Source: Epithemia pelagica (Eukaryota; Protista; Bacillariophyta). Taken from it: a DNA stretch of 64,000 bases. The DNA lies in contig OX337233.1 in NCBI GenBank assembly GCA_946965045.2, positions 2,728,001 to 2,792,000 on the forward strand, read 5' to 3'. Under the pieces are notes generated by a model. It did no database searches and was not told where the DNA came from. It saw only the letters and a program-made list of their open reading frames with translations. Every line of letters starts with the position of its first letter. The stretch's first letter is position 1. Made by a program: the position numbers and the translations under genes. Shown here one piece after another: positions 46,681 through 58,331 of this stretch.

Positions 46681-49657
46681 TCAGGCTGACAGCTCATCTT
46701 CAAATTGTCGAAACAGTCTCTTGAATTCTAACAAGGTGATCTGTCCATCGTTATCAACGTCAACATGCTTGAGCAACGCTTTGATTTCGTCAACAGGGAA
46801 ATCAGGGTCCATCCGATGCATGAGTCCTCGAAGTTCGTCCAGACTCAACGACCCGGTATTATCAATGTCTGCGTCATGGAACGCGGCTACCAGATCGTCA
46901 TTGCTCAATCCGCGTTTCTTCTGTAGGGAATATTGCTTAACAGCTCTCTTTAAAACTCGTTTCCGGCACATGTCTCGAAGTGACTGCGCCATTTCGGGGT
47001 TGGACTCGATCAAGGCCAAGAAATCTTCCCCTTTCATTTCATACAACCTGCAGGATTTCGATGCACACGTCACAGTAGAAGAACGTGGCCGATCAAAGAG
47101 GAGGGAAGATTCGCCAAACGAGTCTCCAGAGGTGTAGCTATGGACAACGTTGTCACCATGCGAAACGTGAAGTTCCCCTCCGTTCTCATCAACTCGATAC
47201 ATAGACTTGCCAATTGTTCCCTCTTTGTAGACCACCTGACCTTGCTTGTAGGTCCTGAACGCCACATTCTTCTGTAAACGCAAAAGGGTCTTCGCATAAT
47301 TTAGACTCCTTGCTCTCCATTTGACCGCAACGTCTCGTCTCGCTTCCAGACTAGCCCCCGTATATCTTTCGAAGTCGTTCCGACTAATCTCTATCACGTC
47401 GACCGGAGTTGCACATTTAGCAGATGTAAACCGCTTACTTTCTGACTCGAGTAAACTTCCTTCTCCAAAGAAGTCCCCGCTTCGAAGAAGGGCAACCAAT
47501 TGGCCTTTTCTCGTTTGAACTTCAACTTTACCAGAGCTCAGAAAGTACATAGCGTCTCCGCGGTCGCCAGCGTGGAAGATAAAATGTCCACGTGGAAAAT
47601 GCTTATGTCGAAGACCCCGAAAAAGCTTCGAAAACTGGGATAAAGATATGTTGTTTGCTGTGGCAGACATCTCTCCACCATCTCCATGTGTTGCCAAAAT
47701 TTCTTCCATCTCCCCCGAATTCACGGCTGATCCGGTTTTCTCCTTGGTCACACGTCCCAAATCATCAACATTTACAAATCCCTTTCCTTCAGCGTCAAAC
47801 ACATCAAATGCTCGTTTTAGAATATGCACCGATGATTCATCCTGTAGAGATATTTTTCTAGAGACCCTCGCCTCTGATAAGCGCGAGTCTGCATGTGCTT
47901 GACTCACAAGCACCGCGAACATTCCGGCTTCCAACTTGTTGCGTAGATCTCGGAAACGTGACAACTTCTTGTCGGAATCCAAAATTTTCTCCGTCGTTGC
48001 TGTTTCCCCTCGTACCCAAGGATGATGCAACATATCATAAGCACTTATTCTTTTGTCGGGGTTAACGTCCATAAGTCGACGAATAAGATCAATCGAAGAA
48101 GCCGACAAATGTCCCACGAGTTCTGGGTGCAGCGGTGGACCATCGCATTCTTTTATCTCGTGTTCGGTCTAAGCGACAAAAGCGACGTGAGAAGTTCGAT
48201 ACTAAAACGAATGAAAGCGTCCAAAACTCTGGAAGGAAAACAAGAAGGACTCACCTCTTCGTCGGAAGATGTACCGTTGAGATCGTATGGATGACAACCC
48301 GTTAGCATAATATAAAGGATCACACCTACACTCCACATATCCATAGAAGGGGTGGCAAAGGAACCTTCGTGGAAGCGTTCTGGCGGCCAGTAAGCAGTCG
48401 TTCCAGTGGAGCTCGCCTTTCGATTGACGCCAACGAAATCTTGCGCTGGATCAGAGTCAGGGCTCTCCACGTCTTCCAAGACAGCGCAACCAAAGTCAAT
48501 GACTTTTATCGATCCATCAAGCCTGTTCTTGGTGGAGAGAAGCAAGTTTTCCGGCTTTAGGTCGGCATGCACGACGCCGACACCATGCAGAAAAGCCATG
48601 GCACTGGCAATTTCGTGCATCAACCGAGCAGCGTCAGCTTCACTGTACGCACCGTTTTCGATAAGATGGTCCAGCATTTCACCTCCAGAAACTAAATCCA
48701 GAATAAGATAGTAATAGTTGTGGTCATCGTACATGTCTGATAAGGCCAATGAAATACCTCGTTAGAGGATGACCGTGGTTCGGCAAAAGAGATTCGAGAA
48801 AAGAAGATAATTGCTTACCTCTTAGGCCAGAAATATTTGGATGCCCTGGATGTGGAGAGAAAGGAATTATATGTTAGGTATGTCAGAAATGAATGAGTCG
48901 GCTTGACGCCGATCGACTCACCTCCATTATCGTAGATTCGAAAAAGTGCATCTGTCTCCGTTTGAAATGACGACGAATTTGTATACCTTTTTGAAATCCG
49001 CTTGAGTGCCACCTGTTGCACGACACAGAGGATAAGGGACTTTTGTTTCATGTTGTCCAGTAAAACTCACATCATACGGACCTTTTCTCCAGTAGCAGCT
49101 AATCTTGCCGGATGAACCGTTCCATAGGCACCTTCTCCGAGGACCGTGTCCCAGTCTACCTTGTACTTGTCGTATAACCCTCGCCCCTTCATTGATTTTC
49201 TGGTATTGATCATAGCATTGCGAGGTTTCGTTGTTGTTCGCTGTGGCTCGCATGCAGTCGCTGTTTGCGCGGTCAAGGACTGGTTCTTTGATGCGGCGGC
49301 AGGATCCGTCACTATTAGTGGAGCTTGTCTTCGCGACTGCTGCATCTTCTGCTCTGGTTCTCGACGTGATGCAATAAGAGCGGCGTCTTCTTGAGGGTTA
49401 TTCTCTCGTGAACTCAGAGACCCCAGCGCCAACATGCTTCCGACGGATAAGGCAACTACGGCCACCCGATAATCATGGGCACCTCCTGCTTTGATGCTGG
49501 CCGCCACACCTGCTTCTGTATGGAGTGACCGTGCTGTGCGGAACATTGTAGCTTTGCGTTCCATGGACTTCCGCACACATTGCCAGGTTTGTCGCACTTG
49601 CGCAAGATGTAAATGCCGATATTGCGGCAATATCCGCAAGGCTTGAGATGAACTCAT
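46681..49657 (-). CDS. CAMK-type kinase fused to EF-hands and two cyclic-nucleotide-binding domains; 5 exons
   Basis: Exons 49657-49082, 49012-48922, 48845-48819, 48736-48255 and 48168-46681 splice GT-AG in frame. Motifs LGEGAYG, VALKRI, HADLKPEN, DFG, EF loops DAEGKGFVNVDD, DIDNTGSLSLDE and DVDNDGQITLLE, and two GDxFGE cNMP motifs. Confidence 0.85.
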
Positions 49658-50818
49658 TTGTTTGTTGTATCCTGATGATGTTCAGGAACGAATCACTGAA
49701 ACGAATGAGAGATTCTCGTTTGATGGCATGTGTGTCGAATCGTTGTTGGCACCGATAGGTGACGAGTCTTTGTTTTGTTGGTTGTGCTAGGAGGAGCGCC
49801 GAACATTGAAAGCGAAAAACTGCATGTGGCGTGCAGACGTGGTGGTCGTAATGTCCGATCAGTCGCAGGAGGTTGACTCTACGATCTACGAATACAAAAG
49901 TCCAAAGTCTACACGAGATGTCGATTGGTCGCGGCCGCGGGTCATAGAGGCAACCTGACGGTTTGGCGCATGAGTCACGCCATAATTCCTGAGTCACGAC
50001 CATGTTGCCCTTTTTCAACTTTAAGCAGCGGAATCGACAGAGCTAGATGAGCTCTATCTGCTGATAATATTTGTTTTGAAAAAGATCAACACCCGGTCGA
50101 GTTATTCAGGATTTTCTGGATTTCTGGATTCAGGCAAATATCTGGTCTACCTGACAATTTGGCACCGCGATAGCCCGTACTAATTTGGACCAAAATGTTT
50201 TTACACGGGCTATCACGTGAATTGACACGTAACTTCTCACTATAACACTATTTAATCGGATTTCTTCCCTATTCATTGTCTTTCATGTCCTTCATGGCTT
50301 TCTCAATAGACAGGATCAAGTTCTTCTTGTTCATACTGCTGGTTCCCTTGGAGTCGAGATAGATGCCAGTCCTTCTGGACAAGACACAGCGAGAATAGGG
50401 TTTAGCATGATGTACACGATGTGTGCTGATAATGATACTGTTGGAGCTGAAGGTAGACATTGAATGTTGATAACAATGAAGTTGTTGGGTATACACTATG
50501 CATTCATGTTACCTTGATGGATGCTGACTTTGTCATTGTCGTTTCTTGCTAGACTGCACCGAGACTGTGTGTGGGCAGGTAGCTGAGTTAGACTACCAAT
50601 TTAAACTTTCCTTCATCCATTTGGCGACAAAAACACATTTTGAAGTGCCCAATCGACAGATCTCGTTCTGGGCTTTTGAATGACACCTCAAATTCCAAAA
50701 TTGGTTAAGTAGAAGTTAAGTTATAAATTGTCAAAGTTTTCTACGGTGGCATCGCGGTGACCTCAGAATTCCGCCCACCAAATTTAGTCAGGCTGCCAAA
50801 TTAGTCAGGTTGCCTCTA

Positions 50819-51253
50819 CCGTAATTTTCGGATTCCTGTACCCCCGGAATGTGCATGGATCAGTGAGGGGGGTACAGGACCAAGAGAATTTTTACTAATT
50901 TTTTTTAAGATTCCATATGCAAGGTACAATTAACTTGATAGTGGTAGTCAACTTCAACATCGGAGTAGTAGAGAAGAGTTGGTCGCACTATTCCAGTTAG
51001 GGGAAAGACCGTGCTTCAACGCGTAGCCTTAACCCTAAGCATAATACCCATCATGCTGTATCTCTTGTTTCTCCTCTTTGATTCACTCCCATGGAATGTC
51101 AGGCAGTGTGATAGAAAGCTCGGAACGTGAGGAATGTGGGGGTAACCCTATCACCAGGAAAGAGCCTGCAGATAAAAAGTTATGGGGACATGTGCATCGG
51201 AGGGGGTGGGGGGGTACGGGAATGCGAGGGGTACAAAACACCGAAAATTACGG
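50819..51253. mobile_element. pogo/Tc1-like MITE (435 bp)
   Basis: TIR CCGTAATTTTCGG...TGTACCCC; TA TSD at 50817-50818 and 51254-51255. Confidence 0.75.
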
Positions 51254-51255
51254 TA

Positions 51256-51861
51256 AGGGCTGGGTAAGCCGATCCATGTTCGGCTAAGTAGGCTCAGTAC
51301 ATTAATCTACGTAGAGTACATAAAATCAGATAGTACACGTCACGCCGGAAATGGTCGGAATTTCAAAAAAATGCAAAAACGCTCGACAATGATGGCGAGA
51401 TCCGGTGACGCCGTATGCATTCACCCATGCATCGCATAAACATCCAACCACCGTAAGTCCTTTGCCTTTACCTTTGAAATGGTTGTCTGAAATTACAGAA
51501 GATTTGCCAAGTTGGCTGAAAAGGTACGCTCATTTTTCTGCAGTGATGAAATCGAACGACCGCCCTAACTCACTCATTTTTCAATGCTGACTCGACCGAA
51601 TTGAAAGCATAGTCACTCTAGTAGTAAATAATCTTATTGTCAAAGCGGTCGAGTCAAGCTCTATTATTGAGGAAGTTATGGCCATGGGGGTGACGGCTTC
51701 CACCATTGTCGAGTGATGGCTTCCAATTTGCATTGTTTCTCGTGGCAGCAAGTTTTCAATTTGAGACCATCCGCCCCACTTGTTACACTGATGAAAATAG
51801 TACTACGTAGATTAATGTACTGAGCCTACTTAGCCGAACATGGATCGGCTTACCCAGCCCT
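51256..51861. mobile_element. MITE (606 bp) with perfect 59-bp TIRs
   Basis: TIR AGGGCTGGGTAAGCCGATCCATGTTCGGCTAAGTAGGCTCAGTACATTAATCTACGTAG flanked by TA on both sides. Superfamily ambiguous: TA TSD, or Harbinger-like GGG ends with TAA/TTA flanks. Confidence 0.85.
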
Positions 51862-52373
51862 TAGTTCCCAAAAAATAGAATTGCCTTTCTAATATTACCT
51901 TCATTCGTTCATTCATTGGCATCCGAATCAGATGCTACTCCGAAACACGTATGACCTGCTCTACGAAATGGAAGCACCGAGTCTTGAGAGAGATGCTGTG
52001 TCGAGGAACAGGTCGGAACTGCAAATAATGAGTTCTCTAAACTTTCACAAGATCTCGGTAACAACGGTTGAGCAGGACGAGCATTGGAATTTGGAATCGA
52101 TCATGGTAAATGTGAGTTAGAATGCTTGAATGCATAGCTAGCAACATACAAAAAGAGATTGATGGTGGTTGTTGTTCTTGTGGCACGCCGACATGTCTTG
52201 GCATGATGCAAATCAACCATAGGGTTGTGATTGCAGTCTTTTCGCTTCAAACGAGATAATCACATTGACAAAAACGCCGCCTGACGCCCGAAGCAAAGCC
52301 AGGATAGGGTGCTGTCTGTCCTTTGCACAAGGGCCAGCTTACCCATTTCCAGCGAGGAGGAGCTTTGTGGAAA

Positions 52374-53159
52374 TCATTTCCACACATTGTGGACATTAGA
52401 TGGTAGTGTAACCACCACAGGTTCTTCCATATTCAAAATGCTGCGTCGTAATTCCACCTGGCATCCAAGTCGGGAATTTTCCCTTGGCTCAAAGGCCAGA
52501 TCCAGCATATCGTTTTCGGCCCGCGACGCCTTTGGTAATCGTTTCAGTGTAGCGTCATCCAAGTAGACATGACAAGTGCAACAGCTCATTTGTCCTCCAC
52601 AAGTGCCCTCCATGTATTCGCCAAGCAATTCTTCATTGTTTTTTGCCACGTCCAGCAAGGAATCACCCTTGTACCAGTCCAACTCAAACGATGTTCGGTG
52701 ATGTGGAATGTCAAACGTCACTTTCCGGCTCGGTCGTGGTGCTTGGTTGTGTTTCATCTGCTGTTGCTCGACCGAAGCAGCGAGTGCCCGTAAGCCGTCC
52801 ATGCCAAAGGATTCAAGGTTGGCCTTTGTTACATTCTTCCCATACACTGATTGCAGTGCTTTCAGCATTCCCTGATGCAGCGATGAGTCGATTTTAGCTT
52901 TCTCCTCTAGATATGAAAATAACTCGAGGGGATCTTCCGACTTGTTGGAAGATGCCGTTGCCAAGAATCGTTGTTGTTGAAGCCAGCCAATGGCTTTCAA
53001 CCCATTCAATGTCATACGGCATGGTTGCGCATTGCCGTGGTACAACCGACGAGGACGCACATCAAGTCTTCTTCGTATCGCTTCAGCACAGGTTCGACGG
53101 AATCGCGAGCTCACGAATGCAACGCCTCGCTGGACGAAGGCACATGGTTCACCAGGCAT
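52374..53159 (-). CDS. Mitochondrial adrenodoxin-type 2Fe-2S ferredoxin with N-terminal extension
   Basis: EGTCGGQMSCCTCHVY, ENDMLDLA, SRLGCQ; start codon uncertain. Confidence 0.85.
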   Translation of the reverse strand: MPGEPCAFVQRGVAFVSSRFRRTCAEAIRRRLDVRPRRLYHGNAQPCRMTLNGLKAIGWLQQQRFLATASSNKSEDPLELFSYLEEKAKIDSSLHQGMLKALQSVYGKNVTKANLESFGMDGLRALAASVEQQQMKHNQAPRPSRKVTFDIPHHRTSFELDWYKGDSLLDVAKNNEELLGEYMEGTCGGQMSCCTCHVYLDDATLKRLPKASRAENDMLDLAFEPRENSRLGCQVELRRSILNMEEPVVVTLPSNVHNVWK

Positions 53160-53473
53160 GTTTATGAACAACAAAGTCGGGTGCGGCCGATCACCGATCC
53201 AACACGTCCATTGCCAATTTGAAAGTGCAAAGGTGCGCGATCCGGGGGTTGGATTTTGCTGATGGTTGATGTTGATGTGCGACCGACAGCGGCGCCTCCC
53301 TAGCGTCTGCCATTCTCTCACTACTCAACCCTATATTAGATGGTGGATCATTACCACCGCCTTTTGCCCTACCTACTAGGCCGGTGGCCGTTGTGATGAT
53401 CTCAAATACAAATCATACAGTGGAAGACCAAGTTCGACAAAATAAAAGGGTTGATGACATTGATATCATCGTG

Positions 53474-54715
53474 CTAGGCGTTTGTTTTTGATGTACCTTG
53501 TTTCATGGCATGCTCGAACAATCGCTGACCGCCAGCTTCGACCATTCTTTTGACCGCTGGTTGTTGCATTGCACTCTTCACCATGGGATTTTCTGCAACC
53601 TTTGCTGCCTTTCCTGCGAGTTCTGCCATGTCAGCGGCGTGTTCCAAATCTGCTGCTTGTTTTCCAAAACCCATCTTTTTGGCCGTATCGGCTCCTTTTC
53701 GAATCGATCCAGCAGCTGCCCCAGCAGCCCTTGCCTTATTCACCGAGTCATCATAGCTGTCTTTGGAATCCCTTTTTGTTTCTTCATCTCTAGATTGAGC
53801 TGAAGAATCAGCCTTTTGTTGCGTTGCTTCAGTCCTATTCCGAACAGCATCTCGAGCTGCAGCTCCCATCTGTGAAAATCTACTCCGGACTGAAGCACTA
53901 ACGGAAGGCCCTTCTGACGAAGCAGTGCTTCCCGATCGCTCATGATTGGCAGTCGATGAATCTCTTGATGTTTGCGAAGATGATGCTTCGCCTCTGTTTT
54001 GCATTGCATGGCGTGCGGCGGCGAACGATTCTCCCAGCTGCGAAAACGTTTTGCTACCGGAATCAAGAGTTCGTTTGACAGCAGGTTCCTCCAAAGCCTT
54101 CTTCACTGCAGGTGTATCTGCTACCATGGCACCTATGCCAGCTACCTGAACCAATGATGCCGCCGAATCTAAGGCAGCCGCCGATTTCTTAAATCCACAA
54201 GCTCGTACGGCTGAACCCACCACTCGAAGTGAAGCCCCAGCAGCCATGGCTGCTTGTGCTTTGTACTGACCATCATTCAGGTTGAAATCCTTGTCCTTGC
54301 TTAGGAAAGTCTCGGCAAAGTACATGGCCTGTGCAACGTCAACGGCCGCCCCAGCTCTGGCACCAGCCATCATTGAAGCGACACTTGCAAACACGAACAT
54401 GGCTTCTTGGAATGAAGGACCAGATGTTCCAGCATAGTAAGTCTTCTCGCTACTCTCAGTGTCGGGCTCTTCGCCAGACTTTTCATACTTTGTTCGCGAT
54501 CGTTCGTCCGACAAGATATTGTACGCTTGTGTCACCCGTTGAAAGGCTTTGGTGGCTTGAGGATCTCCATCGTTTTTGTCGGGGTGAACTTTCACACTCC
54601 TTCGTAAGTAGGCTTTCCGAAGAATCGCATCGTCCGCTACATCTTCTCGAGAGATACCAAGCACATCGTAATGATTGGATGCGCCTAAAACAGTTTCAAT
54701 TTCAGCATTCGTCAT
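53474..54715 (-). CDS. DnaJ (J-domain) protein
   Basis: HYDVLG...LRKAYLRRSVKVHPDKN...AFQRVTQAYNILSD...YE. Confidence 0.88.
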   Translation of the reverse strand: MTNAEIETVLGASNHYDVLGISREDVADDAILRKAYLRRSVKVHPDKNDGDPQATKAFQRVTQAYNILSDERSRTKYEKSGEEPDTESSEKTYYAGTSGPSFQEAMFVFASVASMMAGARAGAAVDVAQAMYFAETFLSKDKDFNLNDGQYKAQAAMAAGASLRVVGSAVRACGFKKSAAALDSAASLVQVAGIGAMVADTPAVKKALEEPAVKRTLDSGSKTFSQLGESFAAARHAMQNRGEASSSQTSRDSSTANHERSGSTASSEGPSVSASVRSRFSQMGAAARDAVRNRTEATQQKADSSAQSRDEETKRDSKDSYDDSVNKARAAGAAAGSIRKGADTAKKMGFGKQAADLEHAADMAELAGKAAKVAENPMVKSAMQQPAVKRMVEAGGQRLFEHAMKQGTSKTNA

Positions 54716-55036
54716 GGTGGTTTGTTCCGTCGCAACAGAGTTTTTTGACTTGATCGAACGACACGAATCAAACGGATGGGAGCGTGAAAACGCGGCCTAA
54801 CAGCGACCACCTTTTTCTCCAGACTACGCACACTGCTACCTACTACGTACTCCTTAATCCTCTAGTAGGAGCACGTACTCAAATTTTCTCTTAGAGGAGC
54901 AGCTACTCCTAGAAGAGCGCTTCATCGAAGTGATATGCATCCAGGAAACTTATCCAACTACTCCTCAAAAGGCCCTGAACGACTAACTTCAGACCACCAG
55001 AAGAGAACTGTCTTTCCTTGTCACGGCGACGAAAGG

Positions 55037-56623
55037 CTAACGCTTCTTGACCGATATTTTGAGGAGTGGCTTTGTTTTCATCGTAATTGACGATGTGAAG
55101 GTGAACTCAGTTGATCGTTGAGATGGAGCAATGGCTACGCGAAAGGCACGAATCAACGGAGCCAAGATGAGTTTTGCTTCCATAGTTGCAAACTGTTGAC
55201 CAATACAACCTCGTCCACCGATCGAAAACGGAAGAAAGGCGAACCTCCGACGCTCCGCTTCCGACTCATCGAACCAGCGCTCAGGTTTGAAGTCCTCTGG
55301 ATCATCCCAGTACTTTGGATGGCGGTGCATCAAATGCGGCGAAACAACCATTCTTGTACCTTTGGGCACGAAAATGCCGTCAAAATTTTCATCCTGCGTA
55401 TTCACACGCGTAATGAATCCAACAGGAGGGTAGACTCGTAAAACCTCGTTAAGAAAGGCATCCATATACGTCATTTTCTCAATATGATCAATCTTGATCT
55501 CAGAAATGGACTTTGGGGCTTGTTTTACCACATCATCAAACAAACGATCTTGTACATCAGGATACAATGCCAAAGCATAAAGAGCAAAGTAGACCCACGT
55601 AGAAGTTGTTTCGTGACCGGCAATGATGAACGTTTTAACTTCGTCGCGCAATTCGTTATCACTTAATGTGTCAGTAGTCTTGTTGTCTTTGCTCTCTGGA
55701 TCTTTGGCATGTAGCATAAGATGTAAGATGGATTTACTCTTTGTATTTTCTTTTCTCGCATCCGAAACCACTCGGTCAACTGCTTGATCAAGCATGTAAC
55801 GATTGCGTCGCATTTTGGGGTTTATGTACCGATTAAGCTTGATCAGACCCGTGAGAGAGCATATCACGGTAATCAAGCTGAAACGAAGGGACTTGGTCAG
55901 ATACAAAACAAAAGGGTCTGAAATCTGTGCTAATTGATCCTGTTTCTTTTCTTTCTCGTCATCACCTCTATTTTGTTGCCGGTTCGACCATTCTTCGACT
56001 GAATCTAGGGCATGAAAGTCGTGAGAGAATGCCACATCACCAATCACGTCGAGGGTGAGAGCCGAGAGGTGCGAACTGAGGTCAATCTCACAGTCGGTGA
56101 ATGCCGTAGCCGCTCGCTCCCAACATTGGACAAATCGGTTCACTTTTGGGGGTACCGATTCATTGAGTGAATCTTTTAGAAAGCTAGTACTGAACGATGG
56201 CTGAAGCATTCGTCGATGTCTCATCCAATCCACACCTTCGAGAGTCACCAGGCCATCTCCCAGAATATCACTAACGATCCTTGTGAGTTTTCGAAATCTG
56301 AGTTTTTCTTTTCCATACGGTGCTGTGAGTATTGCTCGCAAAATATCCTTGTCGAGAATGAGAAGCGATGGTCTCCAGAATGAGAGGGTGTAATGAATAG
56401 CGCGAGTTTCAATACCGGCCTCTTTCCACCATCGTTTGTGCGGCTTCAAGAATGGCTCTCGTCGAATCTCAGGAAAGTTACCAAAAATTGACCCTCGATT
56501 TTTGGGACCAGTAAGCTTCCGAAGCGGCGACAGAAGCCATCTAATGTATCGATAGAAAAGAAGACATGCGACGAAGGAAATCCATCCCACTGTACCATAA
56601 ACGATGACGACGAAGATCGCCAT
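55037..56623 (-). CDS. Cytochrome P450
   Basis: N-terminal TM anchor, I-helix AGHETT, ExxR (EVLR), PERW, heme motif FSIGGRGCIG. Confidence 0.93.
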   Translation of the reverse strand: MAIFVVIVYGTVGWISFVACLLFYRYIRWLLSPLRKLTGPKNRGSIFGNFPEIRREPFLKPHKRWWKEAGIETRAIHYTLSFWRPSLLILDKDILRAILTAPYGKEKLRFRKLTRIVSDILGDGLVTLEGVDWMRHRRMLQPSFSTSFLKDSLNESVPPKVNRFVQCWERAATAFTDCEIDLSSHLSALTLDVIGDVAFSHDFHALDSVEEWSNRQQNRGDDEKEKKQDQLAQISDPFVLYLTKSLRFSLITVICSLTGLIKLNRYINPKMRRNRYMLDQAVDRVVSDARKENTKSKSILHLMLHAKDPESKDNKTTDTLSDNELRDEVKTFIIAGHETTSTWVYFALYALALYPDVQDRLFDDVVKQAPKSISEIKIDHIEKMTYMDAFLNEVLRVYPPVGFITRVNTQDENFDGIFVPKGTRMVVSPHLMHRHPKYWDDPEDFKPERWFDESEAERRRFAFLPFSIGGRGCIGQQFATMEAKLILAPLIRAFRVAIAPSQRSTEFTFTSSITMKTKPLLKISVKKR

Positions 56624-56854
56624 CGTTGGAATCTTTGATGCCAAAAACTTCTCTCATTTCCGCCCCGACATTACGGGCGCCCCCACAATGCACCCCGAGA
56701 AAGACGACGTGTTTGGATGCTGTGTTGGATGCACAAATCCCACCCGGTCAACGACCAAAGACTCGAGGTTACTGAAGCAACGACGAAGACCCTAGGCTTA
56801 AGGCTCCTACTTCTCTCATTCGCAAGTGCATAGAGTATTGATTGTAAGCTTACC

Positions 56855-57742
56855 ATGTTGCCTCAATCATCCGATCCTTCTGCCGTGGGAGGACTTTCTC
56901 CCATGCAAGACCCCGATACCTCATCGTGGTTGACCGCTCCACCCCCACAAGCTTCGGGTGCCAGCATTGAACAACATGAAAAGGAACTGTTTTCGCCCTA
57001 TTGCACACTGGATGAACCAGTCCGTGAAACCATTATGCGAGATGTCAATGCTGTTTGGGCCAAATTGAAGATTGTTCTGCTCCCTTTGGACCGGTTTGCC
57101 TATCCGTTTCAATACATGGCAGTTGCAACAACCAGTCAAGCACCGACTGCAGAAGGTGGTGCACCAGCGGCGGGCGGTGATGCTGCGAATGGTGGTCAAG
57201 TTCCACCTGCGGGAATTCCACCGCAGCAGCAGCAGCAGCCTACTCCAACCAACACCAATGGATCCACGGGAGATTTGTCGGAAAATGATCGCAAGGTGAT
57301 ACAAAGTTTGAAGGATTGGGATTTGTGGGGTCCTTTGATCTTGTGTCTTTCTTTGGCTGTATTGTTGTCTCTCAAGGCGCCGTCAAAGGAAACCTCGTTG
57401 GTCTTTGCCGCCGTCTTTTGTTCCGTTTGGGCCGGCGGATCGGTTGTCACTGTCAACGCCCAGTTGTTGGGAGGGACCATTTCCTTCTTTCAAAGTCTGT
57501 GTGTCATGGGCTACTCCATGTTTCCCTTGGTTATTGCTGCATTCATTATTGGATGTTTCAAAATTTTGATTCGAACATGGGTGTGGTTTGATCTACTCTT
57601 CGTGATCCCAGGGTTTCTGTGGTCGGTCCGAGTGTCAGCCGTCTTTCTTGGACTTTATATAAAGGAAGAACGAAGATTCTTGGCGCTGTACCCGGTCTTT
57701 TTCTTTTACACGTTTCTTTCGTGGATGATCCTTGTTTTCTAA
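56855..57742 (+). CDS. Yip1-domain protein (YIPF6-like)
   Basis: TLDEPVRETIMRD, DWDLWGPL, LLGGTISFFQSLCVMGYSMFPL, LALYPV. Confidence 0.88.
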   Translation: MLPQSSDPSAVGGLSPMQDPDTSSWLTAPPPQASGASIEQHEKELFSPYCTLDEPVRETIMRDVNAVWAKLKIVLLPLDRFAYPFQYMAVATTSQAPTAEGGAPAAGGDAANGGQVPPAGIPPQQQQQPTPTNTNGSTGDLSENDRKVIQSLKDWDLWGPLILCLSLAVLLSLKAPSKETSLVFAAVFCSVWAGGSVVTVNAQLLGGTISFFQSLCVMGYSMFPLVIAAFIIGCFKILIRTWVWFDLLFVIPGFLWSVRVSAVFLGLYIKEERRFLALYPVFFFYTFLSWMILVF

Positions 57743-58331
57743 GATCACGATATTTACATAGAAGCACTGTTCATGCATTCTGGTGTGTCTTGGTTTTTTA
57801 TCCTCAACGTTTACCTTTCGACCATTTCGTTCTGCCAAGTTGGGTTTAAGTCATCTGACCTTTGTTTCGTTGCGGAATTGGCATTGGAGAGGCGATGACT
57901 TCCTTTATCGTTCATCAACAGTAGGAGTAAGATTGAAGCATTCATGAAATGAAAAAAATAATTGCCTCCAGTGTTGCTAGCAGGGATAGCTCTAATGGCG
58001 ACAGATGTGCGATGACGCGGATCCTTCTCGGGCCGTGCCGTCTGGCGCAGAAGATTCGATTCCCATTCCATCCAAACAGCTTTTGGTTCTCAAACCCACA
58101 GATCGTAAAAACAGGCGAAAAAGCCGTATCCAAACCTTCCTTCTTGGAACATCGACCTGTTGTCGTACAAAAAGGTCGAATATCGCCCGTGCTCTCCCAT
58201 ATTCACGTTGCGACGAGAACTGATCTCTAGAATATCGAAAGAGATTCCCAAAGATACTCGTTGCCACTGTGCTCTCACAAAAAGCCAACGCTTGCGTCAA
58301 GATTCTTCCTTCCTTATAAAATCTTATCATT

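Noticed and set aside
50140-50816. Possible older element with ACCTGAC(T)AATTTGGCA inverted ends and a 75-aa ORF
   Set aside because: The inverted match is short and imperfect, there is no TSD, and the ORF has no recognisable transposase motif.
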